Positions 25,250-35,097 of a stretch of DNA of 64,000 bases are shown here, one piece after another; the stretch's first letter is position 1, and each line of letters begins with the position of its first letter. The notes under the pieces were generated by a model, which made no database searches, had not been told where the DNA came from, and was given only the letters and a program-made list of their open reading frames with translations. The stretch is taken from NCBI GenBank assembly GCA_020184695.1, contig JAANOX010000248.1, positions 124,001 through 188,000 of the forward strand. The letters are read 5' to 3'. The translations under genes were made by a program, and so were the position numbers. This DNA comes from Histomonas meleagridis 2922-C6/04-290x (taxonomy: Eukaryota > Protista > Parabasalia).

Positions 25250-26497
25250 ATGGAAACCAACTATTTTGTTGGAATTGATTTTGGTGGCACACACTCTTCT
25301 GTTGCAATATATAAAGGTTATGCACCTGAAATATTACACGGAAACTGTAATGGGTATGCGATTCCTTCATATGTCTCTTTTACGAATAATGAAATAGTCG
25401 TAGGAGAAACAGCAAAAGACATATCACAAAATAATCCAGAAAACGCCATTTATGATTCCAAATTTATGCTTGGACATAAGTTTGATGATCCTGTCTTTCA
25501 AGAAAGAATGAAGAAATGGCCATTCGAAGTGATCAGTTCTCAGAATGGCGAACCTTTAATCGAGGTTAATGACCAAAATGATATTCAGCATTTCTCACCA
25601 GAAGATATTACTTCCCTTATCCTAAAACACTTAAAAGAAATGGTTGATAGTTATCTCAGCATAAATATCAAAAATGTTGTGATCGCTGTACCAGCAGATT
25701 GGCGTTATGATAATCGTAGAATAGAAATAATCAGAAGAGCAGCAGAAAAAGCAGGGTTTAATGTCGTGAATTTTGTGTATGATCCAATTGCTGTAGCAAT
25801 TGCATACAAAATTAAAGAAAAATATAATACAGGAAAAATTGCACTTGTCTTTGACTTTGGTGGAAATTATCTTAAAGCTTCTCTTTTAAAAATTAAAGAC
25901 GGTGATCTCGAAATTTTATCTTCAGCACGTAAGGATATTGGAGGTGAAGATTTTGATATCAATCTATCTGAATACATTGCAAAAATTTTCGAAGATAGAT
26001 TTAAAATAGATCTTCATCAAAATCATCGTTCAATGTTCTTGTTAAAATCCGTTTGCGAAAAAGCTAAAAAGGACCTATCAAATAGTAAAGAAGCCCTACT
26101 ACTTCAAGCTCAAATATTCAATAATAAGGATTTGAATCAGAAAATACGAAGGAGAGAATTCGAAGAGATGAACTCATCGCTTTTTGATAAAATATTGGAG
26201 CCTGTAAATGATGCTCTTATAGAAGCAAACATCAAGCCAGAAAATGTTGATGTCGTTCTTCTAGCTGGCGGCACTTCGAAGATTCCAAAGGTAAGTGAAA
26301 TATTAGGAAAAATCTTCAATGGAAAAGTTATTTCGAACGGTATAGATCCTGAAAAAGCAATTGTTTTTGGTGCAGCAATGCGAGCAAAAGATCTCTCTAA
26401 ACAAAATTGTGATGATGAAGATGATGATGTACCATGTATCAAAGAGCCAACGAACCATGTGAAACATTTAATTGGTGTCAATATAGGAAAATCATAG
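25250..26497 (+). CDS. Divergent Hsp70-superfamily protein with nucleotide-binding domain only
   Basis: Motifs VGIDFGGTHSSVA, IPSYVSF, LVFDFGG, DIGGEDFD, CEKAKKDLS and VLLAGGTSKIPKV. The ORF ends shortly after the NBD with no substrate-binding domain. Confidence 0.85.
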   Translation: METNYFVGIDFGGTHSSVAIYKGYAPEILHGNCNGYAIPSYVSFTNNEIVVGETAKDISQNNPENAIYDSKFMLGHKFDDPVFQERMKKWPFEVISSQNGEPLIEVNDQNDIQHFSPEDITSLILKHLKEMVDSYLSINIKNVVIAVPADWRYDNRRIEIIRRAAEKAGFNVVNFVYDPIAVAIAYKIKEKYNTGKIALVFDFGGNYLKASLLKIKDGDLEILSSARKDIGGEDFDINLSEYIAKIFEDRFKIDLHQNHRSMFLLKSVCEKAKKDLSNSKEALLLQAQIFNNKDLNQKIRRREFEEMNSSLFDKILEPVNDALIEANIKPENVDVVLLAGGTSKIPKVSEILGKIFNGKVISNGIDPEKAIVFGAAMRAKDLSKQNCDDEDDDVPCIKEPTNHVKHLIGVNIGKS

Positions 26498-27314
26498 ATG
26501 GATTTTATATTCGGACAAGTTTTCTAAGTAATTTGGTCCAAAAGGATCATAAAAAAAAAGGAAAAAAATATTTTTTTAATTGATTTTCATGAGATGCACT
26601 TTTTGAGCAAAGTAACTGGTGGTACTTTTTTCACATCAAATGTCCACGTTTTGTATATTTTACATATAGTAAACTATTTGAATACCATTGGTTGAATATA
26701 GAAAATATTATATGAGATCTATCAAAAAACGGGAGAATGTTAACGTAGTATCGGAGGCCAAATATGTATTTAAAAAGTTTATTATACAAAAATTCGTAAG
26801 ACCAAATATCAATTCAAAAATCACTTAAACGAAACAAGGGGGTCGCTGCACATGATGCATTGCACTGATTGTATCATATTTACATAGCCTTGAAACAAGG
26901 AATGAGAGTACATGGTAAAGACACTTTATTTTCAGATCAAAAAATACTTTATCAAAATATCAATTTTTTTTTGTCAATCATACACCTCCAAAATTTGTGG
27001 TTTGCTGGAAGTTCTTGTTAGGAGTCTCATTCCAAAGCATTAAGCCATTAATACAACATACCTAGCTCTAAATTTATAAAAGAAAACACAATAAATCAAT
27101 GCTTTATTCGTGACTTTTTAACGAGTTTACTTGACCCAAAAATCCTAACAAAAGTAATCAAATCTTACAGGGCACTCTTATAACCGAAAACCAGATTTTT
27201 TTGTTTTGAACAAGAGTTATAAGAAACAAAAATACTTTTACAGTGTACTTCGATGGTCTAATGCGGGAAAAACAACAATATTACACAAACTTAAAATTGG
27301 AGATTCAGCAACAA

Positions 27315-28996
27315 CTAATGGGATATTATATCTTTAGTATTAATATCAATTCCTTCTTGTTCAAGAAGTAATTGAACTATTTTTGCATAACCTTTATCAG
27401 ATGCTCTAATAAGTGCTGTTTTAAATAATTTAAATAATTTCCAAATATTATTTTGTAATATCAAATAAAACAAACAAATATCTTTAGCATTAATATCAAT
27501 TCCTTTTTGTTCAAGAAGTAATTTAACTATTTCTGTATGACCATTATAAGATGCCCAAATGAGTGCTCTATTAAACAATTTAAATAATTTCCAAATATTA
27601 TTTTGAAATTTGAAATTATTAAAATAAATATTTTTAGCATTAATATCAATTCCTTTTTGTTCTAGAAGTAATTTAACTATTTCTGTATGACCTTTTGGAG
27701 ATGCTAATATAAGTGCTGTTTTAAATATTTTAAATAATTTCCAAATATTATTTAGAAACAATAAATTATTAAAATGATTCTTAAATAAAACAAATAAATA
27801 TTTTTAGCATTAATATCAATTCCTTCTTGTTCAAGAAGTAATTTAACTATTTCTAATTTACCATTTTCAGATGCGTTCATTAGTGCTGTATTAAATATTT
27901 TAAATAATTTCCAAATATTATTTTGAAATATTAAATTACTAAAATAAATCTTAAATAAAGCAAAGAGATATCTCCTGTATTTACATTAATTCCTTTTTGT
28001 CCCAAAATAAATTTAATTAGTTCAACATTTCCTGAAACTGCAGAGAAAGATAAAATATCATTTGGAATTTGAATGTCTTTGAGAAAATGTTTGAAAAGAT
28101 ATATATTTCCAATTTCTACGGTTTTATTAACTATTGCATTATTAATACGCATTCCTTCTCTTTGTAAAAATAATAAAATTTCATAATTATGGTATAAAAT
28201 GCATTTCACTCCCAAATCTTCTAAACTATCAGTATTTTCGAAGAAAGAGTCTTCAGAATCATCTTAATCAACAGCATATGAATCATAGCTAGATGAATAT
28301 TGATCTTGATTTCCTTTAATTTTATTCTCATAAATGTATTTAAAAATATTATTTTTATGGAACATAATTGCTGTTTCATATGCATCTTCAAAAAATGAAG
28401 AATTTTGTTCACATAAATGAATGATTTCTTCATTCCCACCTGCTACAGCATATTTACCTGTGTTTTCTACATTAGCACCATTCATAAGTAAATATTTAAA
28501 ACATTTAATAGAAGAAAAAAATGCTGCATAATCAATTAATGAAACATTATAATCATTAATAAATGAACATCTTTCATAAAGTGATGGTTCAATTTTCTGG
28601 TTAAAATTGAAATCGTTTTGTGATGATATTTCTTGAAGTTTTTCGATTTCATCATTCCGAATTATTTGTGCAATTTCTTTCCGATTAACTCCTTCTTTAA
28701 TATATTGTTTATGAAGTTCTATATTATCCTTTAATAGTTCTTCATGGGCAATATTTTCTTCGTGGCATTTTCTAAAAGTAACTTCAAAAGGATCATCATG
28801 ATATTTTACTCTGTTTTCACTTTCTATTTTATAATGTGCAAAATATTTTGTAGAAATGTTTTTAGTAATATTTGAATCAATTAAATTTCGTTCAATCATT
28901 TTACCAATCAAATAATATGATTCTTGTGTATCAATATTATTTATATAATTACAGAATATTTGAACTATTTTAGGAGTGTTTTGATTAATTTCTTCT
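27315..28996 (-). pseudogene. DUF3447-ankyrin locus D: 5'-truncated, one in-frame TAA at 28264-28266, 4 spacer-separated modules
   Basis: Homology begins abruptly near 28996 (EEINQNTPKIVQIF). Module starts are at 27889, 27719, 27569 and 27419, with spacers of 80, 80, 60 and 60 nt. Confidence 0.75.
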
Positions 28997-29138
28997 TAGA
29001 AGAACGGTTTGACGCCATTTTGATGACATTTTAGTCCTTTAAAATTTGAATGAAGACAAACCTATCAGAAATTTTTATAAATAAATAACCGCTGAAACTG
29101 TTTCGACCTAAATTGAATTATCAGTACAAAGTGCACTG

Positions 29139-29145
29139 TCACTTT
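29139..29145 (+). promoter_or_regulatory. Candidate trichomonad initiator (Inr) element upstream of RPS18
   Basis: TCACTTT lies about 35 nt upstream of the ATG and matches the TCAYTWY Inr consensus. Motif match only. Confidence 0.4.
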
Positions 29146-29180
29146 TCGTTCATCTAGCGGTTTGGCCGACCTTTGGAAAA

Positions 29181-29645
29181 ATGCCTCTCGAAGTAACAGA
29201 TCCATCAGCATTTCGCGACATGGTACGTATGTTATCAACAAACGTCGACGGACGTAAGCCACTTTATTTAGCCCTTACAGCTATAGCTGGTCTTGGCCGC
29301 AGATTTGCCCATGCAGTCGCTCGCCGTGCTGGTCTTGATCCACTCAAGCGCGCCGGTACACTCACGTCACAAGAGGAAGAGCGCATTGTTGCAATTATCC
29401 AAAACCCAGTTGAAAACGGAATTCCAGTTTGGATGCTCAACCGTAGAAATGACCGCGCATCAGGCAAGAACCTTCAATGGGCTTCAACTGATCTTTCTTC
29501 TAATCATCGTAATGAAATAGAACGCATGAAGAAGATGAGAATGAAGCGTGGTATCCGCCACAGCCTTGGTCTCAAAGTTCGTGGTCAATGCACAAAATCA
29601 ACTGGTCGCCGTGGTGTTGCAGTTGGTGTTGAACGTAAGAAGTAA
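29181..29645 (+). CDS. RPS18: 40S ribosomal protein S18 (uS13)
   Basis: FRDMVRMLSTNVDG, ALTAIAGLGRRFA, IPVWMLNRRND and GIRHSLGLKVRGQCTKSTGRRG; GC-richer codon usage. Confidence 0.97.
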   Translation: MPLEVTDPSAFRDMVRMLSTNVDGRKPLYLALTAIAGLGRRFAHAVARRAGLDPLKRAGTLTSQEEERIVAIIQNPVENGIPVWMLNRRNDRASGKNLQWASTDLSSNHRNEIERMKKMRMKRGIRHSLGLKVRGQCTKSTGRRGVAVGVERKK

Positions 29646-29734
29646 ACTTCTTTATATTGAACATTATCCAAATCCTTTACTTTTGCAATAATACATATTA
29701 AATTAAATAGCGGCGCAAAACCTTTCTTTCCACT

Positions 29735-30000
29735 TTACGATTTGATCTTTTTATTTACATTCAGCAATATATCTTTAAAATCTTCTGCAAATGGATCTTC
29801 TTTGATGCTTCTCATAGAAATTCTTTGTTTCTTTTTCATTCCCTATTGAATTTTCATTATCATTAATCTCTGTTACTTTATTTCGATTATAATTAAATAA
29901 AACTATTAGACGTGTTTTGATGATAAAAAAATTTAATAACAACACAAACAATAATAATTGTTATTGTATTCTTATCATTAATTTGAATTTTATTAACATC
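29735..30000 (-). pseudogene. Decayed relic of the TM/cytoplasmic tail of a BspA-like surface gene
   Basis: The minus strand reads MRSIKEDPFAEDFKDI near 29770-29815, with a hydrophobic TITIIIVCVVIKFFII stretch near 29920-29970 in a broken frame. Confidence 0.4.
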
Positions 30001-31322
30001 TATTTATGTATAATAATTTGAATAATAATTATAATAATTATAATAATATGCATATTACACTGTGCAAATGATAATACTATCTAATAAACAAGTATATTCA
30101 ATGCCATCATCTAATATCCAAAAAGCATGTGTATTTCCTTCAATAAATCAATACAAATATTTTTTGACAATAATGAGAGAAAAACATAAAAGTGAATAAA
30201 TTTATGCCTATACCAATAATTTGAATTAGAAACCGTTGAATAAACTAATCAAAGCAACATTTCACCTCATGTGATATTTACGTAAACTATTGAAAAACAC
30301 ACATGGATTCAATGACACTTTTAAATAATACTATGAATATTCATTAAAATCAAATCATGCTACTAAAAATAAGTTTCTTGGAATCTTATGTTTTTATTAT
30401 ACTATATTTATCTATAACATTGACATGGAAAAGTGTAAGAAAAGTTCAATTTCTTGTGTAAAAAATTTTAAATCAATTTTCAAATTTTTAACAAACTTCA
30501 AGTTAAACAAAATTTATTTTAATATAAATATTCATGTATGAATTTATTTTATATATATGATAAAAAATCAAAAAAAAAATTCTAAAGAGTCAATGTGTTA
30601 TCAGTGATGGACAGAAATGGTGCACTACAAACTTTATGACTTAATTACCAACATAAAGGTCAAAAATGTTTATTTTTTTTTTATTTCTAAATAATATATG
30701 GAATTCGCCGAATACGTTGTGTACTTCACTTATATAGTTACTTGAAAGAAGTATGCATAAAATGCTGAATCAATATGTTCAAGATCTTGAAAATCATGTG
30801 ATTAAAAATGAAACAATATTATTTATTTTCCTAGCTATAATAACGTAAACGACATGAAATTTTCTTTTTAGAATACTTTACAGTTTATATGCAATCAACA
30901 AACCTTTGAATATTTTCTTTATAAAATCAATTTCTGATGATATCAATAGCCATTTTCGTTTTTTCTGAATGATATAATTATTTGATGAACTTACTATCTT
31001 AAAACTCATTCATTTATATGTTCGGCATTAATTTGTATAAATCGTTTAACAAAACCGTTTTTATTCAGTTAATTATTTGAGCTGTATTCAATTACCAGGC
31101 ACAAAATCACCTCATTTTCAGAATGTTTGGTCGGTAAACCGCAAAATAGAAACCACATTTTTCTCGAATTCAAGCTAAATTTTCTAATATATTATAAATT
31201 ATTTTTATATACTATTTATTATTTAAAATAATTATTCCAAAATAATATAGTTTCATAATTATTACAATGAGATATTCACGTTTTTGTAAATTGATTGAAC
31301 AATGGAAAATTGACAAAACAGT

Positions 31323-31328
31323 TCACTT
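31323..31328 (+). promoter_or_regulatory. Candidate Inr element upstream of fumarase
   Basis: TCACTT lies 6 nt before the ATG at 31335, a typical trichomonad Inr position. Motif match only. Confidence 0.5.
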
Positions 31329-31334
31329 GCTTTT

Positions 31335-32729
31335 ATGGATTCCGAATTCAGAGTTGAGTATGATAGCTTCGGCCCAATCAATGTTCCAAGCAAACATCTT
31401 TGGGGAGCGCAAACACAAAGGTCATTCCAAAACTTCAAGATTTCTACCGAAAAGATGCCACTCGAAATCATTTATGCTCTCGCCAGAGTTAAGCGTGCTG
31501 CTGCCATCGTTAACAACAAGCTTGGAAGACTTGATGGTGATAAATGCAATGCCATCGTAACAGCAGCTGATGAAATTCTCAATGGTTTACACGATAAAGA
31601 ATTCCCACTTAGTGTTTGGCAAACAGGTTCCGGAACCCAAACAAACATGAATGTCAACGAAGTTATTGCTAACATTGCTTCAGAACGTCTTGGTGGCGAA
31701 ATTGGACCAAATAGATTAGTTCATCCAAACGATGATGTCAACAAAGGACAATCATCCAACGATACCTTCCCAACAGCCATGCACATTGCAGCTGCCATTG
31801 CCCTTGAAAACAAACTTCTTCCAGCAATTCTTGATCTTCGTGATGCCTTCAAAGCCAAGTCAATTGAGTTCAAGGACATCATCAAGATCGGCCGTACACA
31901 TCTTCAAGATGCCACACCAATGACACTTGGCCAAGAATTTTCCGGCTATACAGAACAACTCAACATTTCCATGGAAATGATCAAGCACTCACTCAACGGC
32001 ATCTATGACTTAGCCATTGGTGGCACAGCTGTTGGTACAGGTCTTAATGCACATCCAGAATTTGCCACGAGAATGGCCGATGAGCTTGCCAAGCACACCG
32101 AAATCCCATTCCGTTCCGCCCCCAACAAGTTTGCAGCACTTGCAGGTCACGAAGCCATCATCGGTGTTCATTCCGCGATGAAGACATTAGCCGCCGCCTT
32201 ATTCAAGATCGCGAACGATATCCGTTGGCTTGCCTCTGGCCCACGCTCAGGCTTAGGTGAAATCACATTACCAGCCAATGAGCCCGGAAGCTCAATCATG
32301 CCTGGCAAAGTTAATCCCACGCAATGCGAAGCCGTAACAATGGCCGCCACACGTGTATTCGGCAACGACACCACTATTTCATTTGCCGGCGCATCTGGTA
32401 ATTTCGAATTAAATGTCTACAAGCCAGTTATCATCGATGCGTTCATGCAATCCGTTCGTTTGCTCACTGATAGCTGTGTATCATTTAGACTACATTGCGT
32501 GCAAGGTATCCAGGCTAACAAAGAGAATATTGCCAAGTTAATGGAAAGGTCACTGATGCTTGCAACAGCATTAGCGCCACACATTGGCTATGACAAGGCA
32601 TCTAAGATTGCAATCCACGCCGAAAAGAACAATTTGTCATTGAGAGAATCTGCAACAACATTCGGCGGTTTGACAAACGAACAATTCGACGAATGGGTCG
32701 TTCCATCCAAGATGATTGGAAACACTTGA
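31335..32729 (+). CDS. fumC: Fumarate hydratase class II, bacterial FumC-like, no N-terminal presequence
   Basis: [53 protein letters not shown] and the signature [15 protein letters not shown]. Confidence 0.97.
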   Translation: MDSEFRVEYDSFGPINVPSKHLWGAQTQRSFQNFKISTEKMPLEIIYALARVKRAAAIVNNKLGRLDGDKCNAIVTAADEILNGLHDKEFPLSVWQTGSGTQTNMNVNEVIANIASERLGGEIGPNRLVHPNDDVNKGQSSNDTFPTAMHIAAAIALENKLLPAILDLRDAFKAKSIEFKDIIKIGRTHLQDATPMTLGQEFSGYTEQLNISMEMIKHSLNGIYDLAIGGTAVGTGLNAHPEFATRMADELAKHTEIPFRSAPNKFAALAGHEAIIGVHSAMKTLAAALFKIANDIRWLASGPRSGLGEITLPANEPGSSIMPGKVNPTQCEAVTMAATRVFGNDTTISFAGASGNFELNVYKPVIIDAFMQSVRLLTDSCVSFRLHCVQGIQANKENIAKLMERSLMLATALAPHIGYDKASKIAIHAEKNNLSLRESATTFGGLTNEQFDEWVVPSKMIGNT

Positions 32730-32769
32730 AGTGATCACTTTTAAAAGTTAATTTGAATTTATTTTTTGT

Positions 32770-33528
32770 TTATTGTAATACAGATTTGACCCGATGCGAA
32801 CGACTTTCGTTGTAATGATCTTCGACTTTCGTAACAACGTCGCAGATTTGGCTGACGGCGTCGATGATGTCGTTTGGCATTTCCTTGCCGCATCTGATTG
32901 GAAATCCAATTGGTCGTAGAATCGAAGCCAACTCTTCAGCAAATGATTGTGGCGATTCTGTTGGCTTAGTGGTGGTGGTTTCAACCGCTATTGGTGCTAA
33001 TGTTGAGATAAATTGATCATCATCGGCTGATATGTCAAAATGTTCTGCTAAGTAATGGAAATCTAAAGCTGACGGAGGGGGATATTGAGTAACCCACCCG
33101 GAAATAACAAGATGTTTAGCTATTGGTGGATATGATTCAGCCATTTGTCGTTCGCTTTTACTGACTGGTTTACCATTAATTGATGAAAGCCTTGGACCAA
33201 TGACAAGTAACGCAGAGATTCTGAAGTTTTCTGTTTTGGAAATTGGCGTTTTGAGAAAAGAGATTTTGGAAAGACGCGGCTGATTTTCAAGTCCTGCAAG
33301 TGACTCTATTTTTGAACTGTCGGCTATAATTGTTTTTAGGTTGGGTTGTGGTGGAAGTGAATGAAATGAATCAATTGAAGAATGATTTAATCGAAGCTCA
33401 CTTAAAGTTTTCTGACATCCAAGAGATTCTAAACTTTGGATTGGAACTCCAGAAAGATCAAGTACTCCAGAAGATGATAACGAACTTCTTTGCCTTCTGA
33501 GGGCTTCTTGGAGAGACTCGCTCCTCAT
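32770..33528 (-). CDS. Leucine-rich-repeat protein (SDS22/U2A'-like LRRs with LRR cap), function unknown
   Basis: LDLSGVPIQSL, LRLNHSSIDSF, LSKISFLKTPI and an LRRcap-like RLSSINGKPVSKSER. Likely ATG is at 33528. Confidence 0.6.
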   Translation of the reverse strand: MRSESLQEALRRQRSSLSSSGVLDLSGVPIQSLESLGCQKTLSELRLNHSSIDSFHSLPPQPNLKTIIADSSKIESLAGLENQPRLSKISFLKTPISKTENFRISALLVIGPRLSSINGKPVSKSERQMAESYPPIAKHLVISGWVTQYPPPSALDFHYLAEHFDISADDDQFISTLAPIAVETTTTKPTESPQSFAEELASILRPIGFPIRCGKEMPNDIIDAVSQICDVVTKVEDHYNESRSHRVKSVLQ

Positions 33529-33815
33529 TTTTCCTTTTCTAGAAAAATTCAATTATCCGAATTAAATTGTTTATGTGAAAGTGACATCTTTAAATATTTC
33601 TGTTGTATCAGTATAAGAAATTAAAAATAATAATATATAACACAACAAATAATGGCATTAATCTAAAAGACATAAAATAGTCAAAAAAAGATTAAATCAA
33701 AAGTAATTGAAATTTTTCATTACAAATTATTATATTCTTCTCTAAAAATTAATGTTTAGTTACATCTTAAAAAAAAGTCAAATTCGATTAGACTTGTTTA
33801 TTCAAAAGAGGTAGA

Positions 33816-34943
33816 TCAATTCTGATAATAATCATTTGTTTGAATATTTTGTTCTTGGGCAAATTTTTGTAGCTCTGGTGTTAGTTGTTCTTGGTATGGG
33901 TTCTCTGGTGCATATCCTGCCATCACATATGGATTCTCAATTTGTTGGAATGGTTGTGCCATTGGTACGAACAAAGGTTGTTGGAATGTTTGCACACCAT
34001 CAGCAGCCCTAAACGTCGTCTCTGCAGCTGTTTGGTCCAGTTCCTTATAGTGGCACCTCAATTTATCTGTCATCGAAATACGTTTGACGACCGTTAACTG
34101 TAATCTTTCGCCCGAAGCTGAATAAAACGATTCGTAAGCGGACTGGTAGCCCAAAAGAGCGAAAAAGACCCATAGCGTACGGCCATACCATGATTGGTAA
34201 AAGTTCATAATTGGTACACTATCTTGGGTGGCTGATCCACAAAAACTACGTTCTAAGCCATCAATTGAAAATGACGTGGAGACACTAGCATGGACATCGT
34301 GTTGTAAAGCTTCGTAGCGCATGTATTCACGGAGATTTCCTAACGATTCTTTGGTATCATCATCAAGTTTATAGCTAGGAATAATAATGGCATGAAACAT
34401 TGTGGTGTTGTTGGTAATACGAATGGAATTTCCTTCTTCTTCCCATGATGTGTATTTAAGTTCTCTGGCATTTCTGAAAGTAACAACTTTTTGGGTGTGG
34501 TGGTGAACGTGAACACGCCCTTTACTATCAACAGTTGTCGTAGTGTAGTGACGGATGTGATAAGCTTCTGAATGAACAGTTATTGAGGGAGAATAGGCTC
34601 TACTCTGAGACACCTTCGAACAAAATTCTGTTCTGTTGAGCTTCTTTGAGAATATATCTTCTGTGGTACGATGTGGCGATTGAAATGAATTCGTTCTGCA
34701 ACAAAGATCGAATGGAATAAGAACAAAAAATAAGCCAAATGCTGCAATTGGAATACCAATTTCAGGGGAATAGATAGCAATCCCATACCCAACGTTCATA
34801 AGAATGCTAAAAAAAAAAGCCCAATATGGAGCAGGGTTCCTTCCACGCCATTGTTGAATGCACTGAAGAAGTACATTTGGAAGCATTAATATTCCGATAA
34901 GGAAAAAGATGCTATATGTATCTTCGAAGAAATCAGCTCCCAT
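33816..34943 (-). CDS. Multi-pass membrane protein, TMEM151-like, with Q/P-rich tail
   Basis: N-terminal TM helices, then ITVHSEAYH...QKVVTF...KYTSWEE, which resembles the TMEM151 core. Likely ATG MGADFF is at 34943. Confidence 0.5.
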   Translation of the reverse strand: MGADFFEDTYSIFFLIGILMLPNVLLQCIQQWRGRNPAPYWAFFFSILMNVGYGIAIYSPEIGIPIAAFGLFFVLIPFDLCCRTNSFQSPHRTTEDIFSKKLNRTEFCSKVSQSRAYSPSITVHSEAYHIRHYTTTTVDSKGRVHVHHHTQKVVTFRNARELKYTSWEEEGNSIRITNNTTMFHAIIIPSYKLDDDTKESLGNLREYMRYEALQHDVHASVSTSFSIDGLERSFCGSATQDSVPIMNFYQSWYGRTLWVFFALLGYQSAYESFYSASGERLQLTVVKRISMTDKLRCHYKELDQTAAETTFRAADGVQTFQQPLFVPMAQPFQQIENPYVMAGYAPENPYQEQLTPELQKFAQEQNIQTNDYYQN

Positions 34944-35097
34944 TTGAAACTTGAAATTCTGAACAAAGTGGCGGAAAAGTGTCAAGTCAAAATTGCATAG
35001 GTTTGAAAAAAATTTATCGTTATTGTAATAAATATTTGAAAAAGTTGTGAAAATTTTCAACCGATCGGTTTATTCAAGCGGGAACATTTACATTGAT

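Noticed and set aside
29264-32374. Short antisense or alternate-frame ORFs over RPS18 and fumarase
   Set aside because: These are expected shadows of GC-richer, codon-biased genes and show no protein motifs.
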